A program made the translations under genes and the position numbers. DNA of 55,740 nucleotides, filler included, from Sphacelaria rigidula (lineage: Eukaryota): NCBI GenBank assembly GCA_964200075.2. It is 5 parts of 5 records of this genome, joined end to end, with 100 filler letters (N's around TTAATTAATTAA, not from the genome) between each part and the next. Parts side by side here need not be neighbours in the genome. Positions count along the whole stretch, not along the records: positions 11,170 to 22,237 come from CAXNAA020005441.1; positions 22,338 to 33,405 come from CAXNAA020005442.1; 3 more parts are not named here. The stretch is one strand, 5' to 3'. Shown piece by piece: positions 12,201-24,742 of this stretch. The stretch's first letter is position 1; each line of letters opens with the position of its first letter. Under the pieces are notes generated by a model. That model ran no database searches. It saw only the letters and a list, made by a program, of their open reading frames with translations, and was not told the origin of the DNA.

Positions 12201-14206
12201 GCCGTGAAGCTGTCGAGATGGGAATAAGGTCCTCCTACAGACAGTACCAGGACTTGCGTGGGCGATATCACGACAGACTCACCACTGTGGTGGCGGTTGC
12301 TGGTGTCTTCTAGTCCGGAAAATCATAATCAAGCCGCGAAGTTTGTCGGGCAGCCTCCCAAGTGGGTATCTTGAGCTTTTTCCGACATACACCTGATCGT
12401 TTTTTTTGCATAGTTTTCCCCCGTTTGACTTGCTCTCAAAGTGGCATCGAGAGCGCTCGTCAGTTCTAACGGATTGGTAGCTGGAATTCCAGCTCTGCCC
12501 AGATGTGATTAACGTCGTATAGTCAGTCCAGTCCTGCCGGCCCGAGGTGCACAGTGCCAATTTCGTCGAATTTTCGCGTGGGATGGTACAGTCCTCTTAT
12601 ATCAAGCGCTTCCTCTGTACATCTTGAGATGCGTCCGTTGCCATCCGAGCGCCGTAGCCACCGGTCTTGCCTGCAGCTCCAGTTTTCCGTGGTGGTGTGC
12701 ACCCCTCTCCTCCGAGAACGCGTGTCCCTCTCATCTCAGCACATCTCACGCTGTGAAGTATGACCGTTCGATATGGAACCGGCGCCCTAGATACGAAAAA
12801 ACCCCTGAAAGGTTTGATTGAAAAGGAATAGACTGTACAGCATGGAGAGAGGTAGTAAGGCTCAACGCAGCATGACATCGTACCGCGCCATACAGTATTC
12901 ATGTGCCCATCTGTATCTAGCCCTTCACCGACAGATGTACCTCCCAGCAAACAAATCATGGCAGCAACGACGTATCTTGGGGGGTGATGTCCAAGAACAA
13001 GCGTACGGTACAGTACACTACAGTGAATGTGCGGCAGGTATATCATCGGAAGCCAGGTGCACACTATCGTAGACTTGTGACCAATAGTTGCTGGCGGCCT
13101 TTGTTCCCGATCACGTTGCTACTGGCGGTACGAGTGGCAGCTTGTGTCATTGCTGAGCGTTGCAGCGGTAGCGTTCCCTCGGTCCGTGTGATCTCTCAGC
13201 TGCTTGTCAGTGTTGGTGCATAGACTATGACTTGTGTCTACTGAGGGCCAGCCTGCTTTGCGGAGGGTTTCCGCAGTTCTCAATATCCATTTGAAAATGA
13301 ATCTAAACTGCCCAGCAAATTTCGAAGTGTTTTGTGAATAAACATGAAGTAAGATATACCCCGGAAAGGCTCAAATCCCGATACAACATCCGTGTCTTGT
13401 TTGCACAGCCTGGATAATGACAGTAGATTGCAATGTAAAAAGTGTACTGCGTACAGTACGAAATATGTTGTCTATTGCATAAGACGCAATCATCGATTCT
13501 GTTTGCAGTACACGTTTTGACCAATGATCTTTTGTTCAGGGAACGCTTGTTTGTCTCTCCGCGTGGAATTACTTGATCATTACACAGAGCATGATCTCCC
13601 CAAGATATGCTTGTCGCGTATGAACTAAATATTAGCTGCCCGTTCGTGGTCGATCGATCCCGTCTTGATCATATTTTTCAATAAATGTACGGTTTCATTT
13701 TTCTGAAATTCTGCCTACTCATTGCATCACGGCCAAAAAACTGTGTTTCACGGTCAATAACACCCTCCTGATAAACGGGGTATTTATTCGTTTCGCCCGA
13801 TAACACCAACTAGCACTAACTTGGTTACTGTGTTTCGAGAATGATCTATTTTGTTATACTAAAGTCTACCGACGCTAGCAACTTCGAGTTCTATCGAACA
13901 GTAGTACGCGAGGAAAACCCCAAAACACCCATGAAAAGTTAGACCGCCCACTACAGTAAACAAAAACACAATGGAAAGTGGTCTGGTTGGCAATGAAAGT
14001 TCGGGCTGTTCACCAGAGATTGCAGACGTTTACCACTGTCCCACTGAGATTTTTTTGTCTGATTCTGATTCGATTGTCGCACCTCAACTGAGGTCACGTG
14101 ATATTGACTGACGTTGGCAACAGAGTCATTGCTTTTCTGTACAGCACTCCTGTGCAACACATTTGCGCGGTATTTTTTAAAATGGTGATGAGAAACCACA
14201 GGGAAC

Positions 14207-14476
14207 AACGTTTTCGTGAGATTGAGAGTAGAGCACCGATTGAGAGTGGCTCTGATCAATCGCTTCAACTCGACCAATTTTTCATTCCGTGTATGCTTTT
14301 CTTTGCCTGTATCACTGGCGTGTGCATACAGCTATACGTCGATATCCTACTCAGGGATATCAAGAAATCATATCGGGCCTCGGGGAGGTGCATTTCGGAA
14401 CTGAAACGATGCATTCACTAACTGAACGCTCTTCACTCTCAATCGTTTCCTCTACTCTCAATCTCACGAAAACATT
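14207..14476. mobile_element. ~270-bp MITE, copy 1
   Basis: TIRs 'gttttcgtgagattgagagtagagcaccgattgagagtg' and 'cactctcaatcgtttcctctactctcaatctcacgaaaac'. Confidence 0.85.
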
Positions 14477-15479
14477 ATTAGGGATAGCAATATTTGCGCG
14501 GGTCTTGTTCGGACGGGAACGGGAGCGGGAACGATTTGATGGAAGTGGTATTCTGATCCATTATTGTAACGTTCCATTCACCAACTGCTGTGGTTTTGCC
14601 AAGGTGATTATACCACGAGAGGAAAAATAGCGAAGTGAGCCCTGGTGACTTCGTAATTTCGCAGATGGTGACGAACGTTGTGGGATTTCAAGTTGTACTC
14701 TGCACCCATGACCCAGGTTTCTTCTGGGGGAACTTCAACGCGCAGTGAACGTGGGCGATTTCGCCAAATAATGACATGCACAACATATACAAAGAAGAGA
14801 ATGAATAGCGCTTTTATACCTGAGTTTGTTGAACCATCGCCCAGGGAGTGTTTGGTCATGATCCAATTCGCGATACGAAAATGTAAGGCAAGTATGGTGA
14901 AAAAGAGGGAAGAATGGGTTGATCCCTCCGGAACATGGACTCGTCTCGAGGGAGGAGAAGATGTGGAAGCTAGAATAACAAATTCGTAGATCGACACTTG
15001 GGAGCCAAATGACATGGCGTGGGACGAGAGAGGGCCGAGTGTGTCCCTACCCTTTCCCCCCCCCCCCCCCCCTCTCCATCTACTCGCCCGTGCAATGACC
15101 AACTCCTTTTTGTTGCGAGAGACTGCTCCAGTCGCTCAACGTCGAATACCTCGACTAGTCTCCATGTTACCCTGAGAAGGTGGACAGCGATGCCGATCCT
15201 CGCGGCACTTCGCAACAGTACTCCAGTCGTTCGGCAGTTTCACAATTGTACTCCCTTATCTCACCCCAGGAACTGACTGGCTGTTTAGGCCGGCGGTCCG
15301 CACGTATAATCATGCGTCTGCTCTCAGCGCATTAACTGATCGTCGCTTCGATCTTCGGTATAACTGGCAGAGCCATCCGAAGCACTGAGCCCTTCAGGTC
15401 CTGTCCAACATTCGTCATCTCAAACAAAAGATTACTCATGTGAAAACAAGTGAGTTCAGTTGGGGAAGAGAAGAAGAAG

Positions 15480-15551
15480 AATAATAATAATAATAATAAT
15501 AATAATTATAATAATAATAATAATAATAATAATAGTAATAATAATAATAAT

Positions 15552-15591
<40 letters not shown>

Positions 15592-15592
15592 T
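15480..15592. repeat. (AAT)n microsatellite, ~37 units with few interruptions
   Basis: Directly visible. It explains the poly-N and poly-I ORFs. Confidence 0.97.
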
Positions 15593-15699
15593 AAAGAATG
15601 GGGTAGGAGAAGTTATCCCGCTCCCACGAATCACGTATATCCTCGATCGTCAATATTTCGATTTGTACCCAGCTTTCGAGGTGGTGCATTGATTAGGTT

Positions 15700-18635
15700 C
15701 CGCGCAAGGAGCGGGTATGGGGGGCGGGAAGCATATTTTTTTAGAGTCAACCACCCGCGAAGGTAAGTGCCAACGAGGATTGACAACGCCAACCGGCAGT
15801 ACCCCGGGTCCTCGTCAGTCAACATACCATGTTGCCGGTTGTCGAGCACGGACGCCTCCTCTGTATCCATATTTTATCTGGTTCTCCCAGGCTTTGAATA
15901 TACATACACGCTCAACTCGTGGCTGCTGCAGACTCTCTTCTACTTTTCTCGAATAACGCATGCTTCAACATCTCACAGCTCATTCCAATGGGGTTCTTCT
16001 CCAGGTTGCTTGTGCCCCCCAACCGATGCCTGTCCTACGGCACGAGACGCTCCCCTCGCATTCCAGCTTTCCCTAATCACGTGTAGCTTTGAAGTATCTG
16101 AATTCGATCTCCTTTTTTTCTGCACTGCATCAGGCGATGCTCCTTTTGCTGAAAGTTGAGTAGCCCTGCCGATACGTGAAGAGTATAGCACGTACTCGTA
16201 GGAGTCCGCTCCCGCCGCCGTTATCAACGTTCTCAACGCTTTCGATGTTTTACCCTGGGCCATCCAGGCGGCCACCCCATCGCCCCGTGTACACGTCATT
16301 AATAATGCATCCCGAGCCAAATCCCGCGTACAAGGAATCAATGTCACTACAACGTAAGTCGCTTCCGGGTTTGGAGCCCGCCTGCTATCACGACAATGAT
16401 TCTCGCCGCGTTCTGTACTTTTAACCATCACTCTCCGCCTTATCTGTTCGCCTTTGATGGTACGCAAGCGCACCTCTACACAGACGGCCGAAACACATGA
16501 CGGCCACTAGCTTTGCCGCTTGTCGTGAAGCAATATCACATGTTCGCGTCACAAACAATTTCAAGTATGTCCTCGATCGGTACTTTTAAGCAAATACTTC
16601 AGGTTCCCGAGCCAACAAGAATTTGGGCACTGCAAGACATGAAAAACGATTCTCGCCTCCAGCTTCCCACAGCAACGCCACGTGTCGAGCCGCACACAAT
16701 GCCGTCCAAGATACTGGCGGCCGCAACCGGGGCTGCCTTTCTGCTTCTAAGAAACTACGCTCCGATCTCTTATGGCAGTCCTCGCACCGACAAGTGTCCG
16801 AAAGGAGAATCCATTTATTTGGTCCCAATACCTCGTGGATATTGCGTCACAACTCATGGGAATATTTCACAGCTACCATATCGTTCGCGGCTGTGTTGGC
16901 TTGTAAGCCGTGCACTGAACAAGCATGTGACGCGGAAGATAGAAGTACCTTCACATTCTCCATGCCCTTTTCCCCCGGGCAATAAACCTGGGCTGCTCAT
17001 GTCGTGGCGGAAGCGAATGAGTAACCCGATGTATCCCTGGGAAGTGTGGTTAAACGATTGCGCGATGGGTCTTTCACGGAACTCGAATTCAACCTGTGGG
17101 AATAAAGCTGGTGCTCCTGGTCCCCTTATCCTCGTTCATACCATAGAACCCGGGGACGCGAAGCAATCAAATCGGTTGCGATAGAGTTCCTCGGCTACCG
17201 CGGAATACCGTCTGCTTCATCATCTAGTGCACCAGGGACTCGTTTGGCTTCAAAACAACATGCGCAAGCTACTTCGAGTACCCGAAATACGGCGTGAGTG
17301 TTCCTTTTCTCTGTTCGTTGTCCACCCGACAACTTGTTGATGCACTACACGGTGGAGCTATCATCTCCCCGTAGCAACACGCAATGCTTGATATCATTTT
17401 GTTTTTTGAGAAAGATCACGATCGACCATGCAGATATGACCATTCCCGCTCATCCGAGCACATTCGTCCGAATTTCATTTCCGTGATGGTTTTCGTGGCC
17501 GTGAACGAGCTGTCGCTGGTCGTGCAACGAATCATATCGTCGCCAAATTGAGGCTTTTGCGCAAACCGCCGATGGCCGACGCTGATGCGTCTGAAGAACA
17601 CGGTCGTGCTGGTATCCGCGCCAACAAATGCTATGTACGGTCAAGTATCCGATCTCCAATTATTGTTAGCTCATCGGAGGCCACCCATCTCCGGAAACCC
17701 GTTGAATTCGGAGCTGAGCACACGGCGGATTCCCACATTTTCACGCCGGCCTTATGTGCCGTGGACAACTTCACAGATTGCAACCATCGTCGTACAATGA
17801 ATTGTCCTGGTCGAATCACGAATGATATGTGCAATACAAAACAAGTAAAGGACACATGTTCTATTACGGTGGCATATATACCGTGAATCAGCGATGCAGA
17901 CGCCAGCCCCCGACATCGGTTCCCAGTTGACAGGGAGCAGCATAATGTCCCAATCACGTGGTTTCGTGACCGTGACCCCTCACAACGCCGATCGGCCGGC
18001 ATTCGATGCACGAGCACCGCAAACATACGTGGTGAGTGTTCATGCGCAGAGGGCGCTAATGGCCAAGCCAGATACCCAACCCACTCCGCCGTCATACCTG
18101 CAGCCGGAGATCAGACACCACTGCATCATTCATAAAATGGCCAACAAAAACGTCGCCCGCAGGGTCCACAGGCACGTGTCGGTATTCTTCACTCGCATAT
18201 TTCCTACTTACTACGGGACACTTAGTTCCACCCTGGGACCGCCGCAGATGCGAAATTCGCAACTTCATATTCCCAAGCACGTGGCCTACTTCCACTAAAG
18301 GCGCACGTGCAGAATCTGTGTATGCATTACCACTCGTGGCCCCATCGGGATTATTCTTCACGTCCGGGAATAAAAGATCATGAATGGTACGAAATGTTTC
18401 TTCCCCGACTCCCACCGGAGATGTATGTTTCTGATCATTTTCGTTGGCGCGTGTTTGTCAAAGTCGATCGCTTCGCCATTAGTCGCATCTCTTCTCGCTT
18501 TTAACCGCAACTTGTGGCCATGCGGGATAGTGTTGTGCGATTGCCGTATTCCTCTGTCGACATCTTGTTGTGAACCTCCTCCACATCCATCCTCACCCCT
18601 GATTCCGACGTGCGCAGTAGTCGATGTATCTTGGT
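15700..18635 (-). mobile_element. Degenerate DIRS/Ngaro-type tyrosine-recombinase retrotransposon (RT - RNase H - YR), 5' truncated
   Basis: Minus-strand motifs in DIRS order: RT 'RKYASEEYRHVPVDPAGDVFVGHFMNDAVVSDLRLQ' (~18095-18200); 'FVLHISFVIRPGQFIVRRWLQ' (~17775-17845); RNase H 'SDASASAIGGL' (~17560-17595); recombinase C-terminus 'YVLYSSRIGRATQLSAKGASPDAVQKKRRSNSD' (~16090-16195, cf. HSxRIGGAT...GRW.S). Multiple frameshifts and stops. Confidence 0.8.
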
Positions 18636-18640
18636 CAACA

Positions 18641-18904
18641 ATGTTTTCGTGAGATTAAAAGTAGAGGATACGATTGAGAGTGAAAAGTGGTCAAGGAGTG
18701 AGTGAATCGTGTCAGGCTTGAAGTGTCCCTCCGCGCGGCCTGGTGTGCTTTCTGTAGTAGCTTGCCACTGAGGCCCTTGATATTACTCAGTAGGATGTCG
18801 ACGTGTAGCTGTGAGCACACGCCAGTGATGGAGGCAAGAAAAAAAGCACACACTGAATGGACGATTGTCCAAGTGTGAATAAGCGCTCTACTCTCAATCT
18901 CACG
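18641..18904. mobile_element. ~270-bp MITE, copy 2, inverted relative to 14207-14476
   Basis: Same TIRs. The internal 'cttgatattactcagtaggatgtcgacgtgtagctgtgagcacacgccagtgat' is the near reverse complement of 14310-14364. Confidence 0.8.
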
Positions 18905-19847
18905 CAGTGTTATACGCTCAACGTCGGTATGCTGTGGAAAGTGCGAAGAGCCAACATTATGAATGAAACGGTCGATGATTCCTCCCTTGAGCGCCAGTGG
19001 GTTAAACCCCACCCATGGGATCATTCGTATTTGTTCTACACCGTACAGCAGGCTAAGCTGGTGTTTCCAACTTGCGATCAATTCAACACTCCAGGCTGAT
19101 GTTCGCAACATGTGATCAATCTCAGCATGTCACGAGGAAATGTGTAACCCCGGAACACTCTTCTCCCAACGAGTAGTCAGGTGATTCTGTACGCACAGCG
19201 GTTTCGCGAGCCCCCAACGATCCTGTCAAGAGCGACGCGCGTTCGCCGATGGTCTGGCTTGCCTGCATCAGCGCCTTTGGAGGTAGAGGATTGAACGCAC
19301 GAGCAATACCGAAACGTGCGACATTGCTTCAGCAACCTACGGTGACCATGTGTGACGACGACAAACAAGGGAAAACTCTTGAAACAAGAGCGCACCGCCT
19401 CAGCGAGTGTGCTCTCGCCAATTCTGAATATGTCACGATTCAATTTCTGTCCGGTCCTGATACAAAGTACTCAGCCGAAAGTGACCGGAGATCGAGGGGG
19501 AAAACTACAACACAGCAAAGAGAGAGGGCATGAAGCGTATTGATTATCTTGCATATAGATGGCAGCCTTCAATGAGTTGCTTTATTTTCTGGGATCGCCA
19601 CTGCCAGAGATGGCCACGGGTGACACACTGCCCCACCATGGGTGTCTCGGGATATAAATACTACGTCGTACCAGCATCCCGTTTGCGCGGATTTTAGGTT
19701 CTCCCACCCTGCACAACATGAACTACCATCATGGTTACGCCAAAAAGAAATTGAGCGCGGAAACAATAGGAACCTATCTAAGTAGCCTACACAGTGAGAG
19801 GGAGGCAGGGTTTACACCGTCGTTGCCAACCGACGATAACATTCCAA

Positions 19848-20328
19848 TGGTAGGTCGAGTAGAGTATACTCAATACTCAGTACTTTCGAAGAGTCATACT
19901 TTTAGTATCCAAATTTTGAGTTGAGTATTTGAGGCCGTACTCAATCCACCCAAATATTTAGTAGAGTATTGGAGTCATACCCGAGTGATACTCTATACTC
20001 ATGTTTTTCTGGGAGTACTTACTCAGTGTTTGAGTAGAGTATTGGAGGTCATTCTCACCGTACTCAACATTTGAGTAAAGAATCCGGGGCCGTACTCAAC
20101 CTACTCAATATTTAAGTAGAGTAGCTGAGGCCGTACTCGATCTACTCAAAATTTGAGTACAGTATTGAGGTCATACCCAAGTGATACTCTATACCCAAGT
20201 ATTACTGAGAGTGCTGACTCAATATTTGGATAGAGTATTGATGGTCGTACTCGATCTACTCAAATTTTAGGTAGTGTTTGAGACCTTACTTGACCTACTC
20301 AAAAGTAGATACTCTACTCGACCTGCCC
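19848..20328. mobile_element. MITE/foldback with GG(T/C)AGGTCGAGTAGAGTA termini and internal ~40-bp degenerate subrepeats
   Basis: Left end 'ggtaggtcgagtagagtatactc', right end 'gatactctactcgacctgccc'. The interior is an array of 'gagtattgaggccgtactcaatctactcaatatttgagta'-like units. Confidence 0.8.
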
Positions 20329-20344
20329 TTATAGCCCTCGAAAA

Positions 20345-21010
20345 AGAGGGGGGGTTTGCTCATTGTTTTCTTGCCTTCGTCGATTGACTGTTGACCACGC
20401 ATCCCTCATGAGACGGAGCACCCATAGAGGGGGGGGGAGGCGTACTCATTTGTTGCTTGCCTTAGTCGTTTGACCATGGCCCACGTATCCCTTTCGAGAC
20501 GGAGCACCGTTCCTTCTCCTAATGGAGCCACCTCTAACATTCCGGCGCCCATTACGTCTCTTCCATACATTACACAAGAAGACTTTTACATGTCTTATCC
20601 CCGTCATGTTTCGCCGTCTCTGGCCACCATCTATCTCCTAGTTTGGCCATTGTCTTCTCCCTACTGTCTAATGCATCAAACGATCCATGCAACCTTCGTT
20701 CACGGCCCGCATTTCCCTCTCTAGCACCTCCCGTTCCTCCTGTTATAGTTCATATTCTGCTCCTAAATGACTTCTGCTCCTATATGACTTCTGCTCTCGG
20801 TTGCTTTGCCACAGGGGCAGTTGTGACCATGTACTTCCTCCTCCTTTCGACGACTGGTACATCTCTTTCTTCTCTCTGGCAGGTCCAGGTCCCCTACCCG
20901 AAATCGTAATTTCCTCTTTTTCGCAGCGTCCATTGGGCCATGCAAATATGCTTTCATCCCTATCCACTCTCTCAACCACCCGTATACCTCCAGGCGTGCT
21001 TCCATGGGGG
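20345..21010 (-). mobile_element. Non-LTR retrotransposon (LINE) 3' fragment with a second, tandem 3'-end remnant
   Basis: Minus-strand peptide IGMKAYLHGPMDAAKKRKLRFRVGDLDLPERRKR...CPCGKATESRSHIGAE (zinc-knuckle-like), then LGDRWWPETAK after frameshifts. The terminal ~80 bp occurs twice (20345-20422 and 20428-20508). Confidence 0.75.
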
Positions 21011-22237
21011 AGGGGGCGGACACTTGACCGAAATCGCTGTCGACTGTAGAGACCAAACCAAATGTGACATTTTGATTTTCTGCTACCGGTTTGGGCGATT
21101 ATCCGTGCTCGACCTCCTGTATGATCTAATTCTTTTCCTTGCTTCCGTTTTTTGTAATTGAACCACCGGGGGAGGGAGGGCGTTGGTCGTTTTCGGTTGT
21201 TTCGTGTTGTATCAGCACTGTAGACACCCCGCGTGCTTCCTGAAGGATAACCTCATTTTATCAACTCTTCATCCTGACCGTCGACCAGAAACAAGAAATT
21301 CAAACCACGAGCATGGTGACAAAACGAGCCTCGAGGAAAATGACTTTTCCCAATGCTTAGCGTAACCCTCGCCTCCGAAGAGAGCAGGTCGTGAACCTTT
21401 AGGGTCGGTGATTCTTTTTGTTGGGTGAGGCCATTTACAACTCGCGAGTTGTACATATCTACTTACAACTCGTGACTGGTAAATAGGTATTTACAACCCC
21501 AGCGAGTGGAGTAGCTGCGCGCTTTCGTCCCGTGTGCCTTACACCAACACAACAGCAGCTGCAATACACTCCTACGAACCGTAGCCATCGGTCAAGCCAT
21601 CGCAGGATACAAACGGCCGCGTGGCGGGCGAGAAATGCGCCTGCTGCATGCAGTGCCGAAAAATGTGCCCCCCAGACTGGAGTGGTGAATAACTATTTAC
21701 AAGTTTAGCGACTGCGGAGAAACTGCAAGCGTTCGTCCCATGTACCTTGCATCGACACAAGAGTGGCTGCAATACACTCCTACAGTCCACAACCATCGGT
21801 AAATCAAGCCGTTGTGAGGTGCAAGCGACCTCATGTCGGGTGCGAAGCGCTCCCGTATCTCACGGTTGCACGAAATACCAGTGCACCCGACTGGAGTTGG
21901 ACATGGCTTTGTCAACGACACGCGACGCAGCAACTTGCAACTTGGATATAAGCTATGTTATGTGGGGGTTGGCTTCCATGAGAGCACTTGGTCATGTGGT
22001 CGGGGTTGACAGCGGCCGTGGTGTAGACAAGAACGCCAACAGGTGATTGCCGCTAGTAAGTATATTTTACCTGCATTGTTCCGCGATGCACTCAGGTTTC
22101 ACGCAGGTTGAGCATGCATCTAAAGCCTCCAATAAACCAGATTTTTGAAATTACAGCCGATTTGAAATTTTGGGGTTCAACACTAAAATGGGGCTGAAGT
22201 CGCATTTCTCTATTGCAGGGAAGATACGAAAGAGTAA

Positions 22238-22337
22238 NNNNNNNNNNNNNNNNNNNNNNNNNNNNNNNNNNNNNNNNNNNNTTAATTAATTAANNNNNNN
22301 NNNNNNNNNNNNNNNNNNNNNNNNNNNNNNNNNNNNN
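22238..22337. other. Artificial contig linker
   Basis: N44-TTAATTAATTAA-N44. Confidence 0.98.
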
Positions 22338-22360
22338 CTCTGTCTCCCCGCCAGCAGACC

Positions 22361-22393
<33 letters not shown>

Positions 22394-24451
22394 CAAGAAA
22401 AAATGGCGGGAAATTCGAATAAAATGGTCATGAACGAAGGATTTCCATCTTTTCGAGCTCCGTGTTTCCATCGACAAGGATCATGCCTTCTCGGACACTG
22501 CCGAGCTACACGACAACGTGTATCCGGCGCTTTACGGTAAAAAATCGTGGGAAAGGGTCAAAATGGCCAATGATTGGGTAATTTCGACCCAACAACTCTC
22601 AACAAATTTTGCTCATATATATTTATACCCTCGCCTGCGCATCCCCGTAATTTTGTGTTTAATGAACGTTTCTGTGGCATCATAAGCACCTCCATTACAG
22701 AGATACTGTATGTTGCATAGTCCATGACCAATCCAACTCATGGGGAAAATCAAGGAAGCCGAGGAAAAAGAGAACAGAGAAGAAACAGGACAAAAGCAAC
22801 AGGCATGCTCCGTCCTACCGGGCAGGAGTCCCGGCCACTCAGAGTTGACGCTTGCATGTTTTCATCTCAATACATTCCTTTGAGAAAGGCATACTAAGAA
22901 AAGGCGGGCGAGAATCGTCAGTATCAAGATATTAAGGGAACACTCTGTACGACTGTAAACTGGAGAAGGTACAACTCACGTGTTGTTCATCAACTACTCG
23001 TCCCGTCAAAGAAGGCATGGCTCAAAACATCATTTACTCCTAACATTTATTTCGTACAACAAGTGGGCATGCTTCGAAGTATAAATTCTCGGAATTAGTG
23101 ACGACACGAACAGTCTCCCTCATTTGGGGAGTGTATGTGGGAGGAAGCTGCCATCCCCGCCTCAGCCTCCGTGGTCACGCAACGCCACGCTTATGCAAAA
23201 AATGTTGCGAGCAAACCATCCACTATCTGCCATTCATTCAAACCTAACTTATTCAGCGTGAAACAAAGTACATGCTGCGTACGATGAGCTGCAGGCTACA
23301 TAATTTTAACACGGGACAATGATTACCATGACCTCTCGATGGCCTCTGCCGACAAAGCCTCGTACCACCATAAGGAGCTCGTTTACGGAAAGATCCCTAC
23401 GACAATTTGTTTTTGGCGTGGCGTGGCCGCCGCAACTGACCAGAAAACATAGGCTTGATTCGCTACCATCTCGGATTGTGTTTTGCTAAAAACCTAATAC
23501 ACGGTACTTATGGTTTTGCGGGTTGAAACGCTACTGACAGACACACCACTCAGCCAGTCACCATTCAGCCAGTCGCTCTAAACGTTGAATGCGGCAGAAT
23601 GTCCCTCGCACCATCCATAGATTTACACCCCTCATTTTCACCGTTGACCCCGAGCACTCGCCATGCGTGCACTGACGACTTGATCCGAAGAGCGCATTGT
23701 GCTTTACTGGTGTGCTATGCTACACTACTGTAGGAACCGGGCCAGCCTGAAAGCGGACTTGAGTCGTCACAGCCATGTCTCATCGACACAGACGAATTGG
23801 CCGGTGATTCGCACATACGCCTTGTTAATCGTCTCATCAAGGAGCAGATGCTCATCTACTCAACAGCCCGGTCTAATGATTTCTTGTCGAGTAAATCCCC
23901 GTCATACAGCAAGGAGGATATATCTTGATACCGAAGCTTATACGAAATCCCCCCGGAAAATCTGCACAGCGGATGGCACTGAATTTTCATGTCAGCATTC
24001 CCTGGGGGAGGGGGTAGCGATCGATACCCTCACGTTCCCTGAATTCCTCATCTGTCGAGAGATACGGCACACAAAAGATGCGACACCGAATAAAAATATA
24101 TTATATGGCGAGGTACTAAGTATGGGTTTCTTGTCTCCATCTCGAGATATGTACTCTGAAATTTGGTACAGAGTACAATGCGTATCGCAAGCGACAAAAA
24201 ATATCGTTCGGCACACCGGGAGATATTTTCTCATGAGTTGCGAAAACAAGATGAACTTTTCACCAAAATGTCATTAACTCATAAAAAAGAATATGCACGT
24301 CGCGATGTGTCAAATTTTATTATTACTGTGCCCTTTCGATACGCAATACCAATTTTCAAAGCACAACTGCCAAAACTGAGCCGAGAAATCCAGATTCAAT
24401 GCCTCACACGTTTCAAGGCTGGCCCATCACGTCAACCCAAAGACACTCATC

Positions 24452-24742
24452 CGCAAAACTTCACGCTGTTTTTAGGAGCTAGACCCTGACATTTTGCGCA
24501 ATTTTGCTGTGGTTCATTAAGCAACTTTCGACGGTCGAGGTTTTCTACTGTTTTTACTTTTTGAACCGTTTTTCGGGGGTCCCGGGTTTTTTGGGGAAAC
24601 TTGCATCCCGTCGGACCCCGAAAAACGGTGAAAAAAGTCAAGACATTTGAAAACCTCGTCCATCGAAAGTTGCGTGGTAATCCGTATCACTTTTGCGTAA
24701 AGTTTTAGGGCCTAACTCTTAAAAATGGCGTAAAGTTTTGCG
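24452..24742. repeat. Long imperfect palindrome (foldback), ~130-bp arms
   Basis: 'cgcaaaacttcacgc...gcaactttcgacggtcgaggttttc...accgtttttcgggggtcc' pairs with 'ggaccccgaaaaacggt...gaaaacctcgtccatcgaaagttgc...gcgtaaagttttgcg' around a ~30-nt loop. Confidence 0.8.

Noticed and set aside
14608-15102. Copia RT remnant (LFFVYVVHVII resembling YVDD)
   Set aside because: Single weak motif with the catalytic Asp residues absent and no corroborating motifs.
15450-15692. Poly-Asn and poly-Ile ORFs
   Set aside because: Translation of the AAT microsatellite.
19860-20320. CRISPR-like array
   Set aside because: The units are degenerate tandem repeats without unique spacers, lie inside TIRs in a eukaryotic genome, and no cas genes are present.
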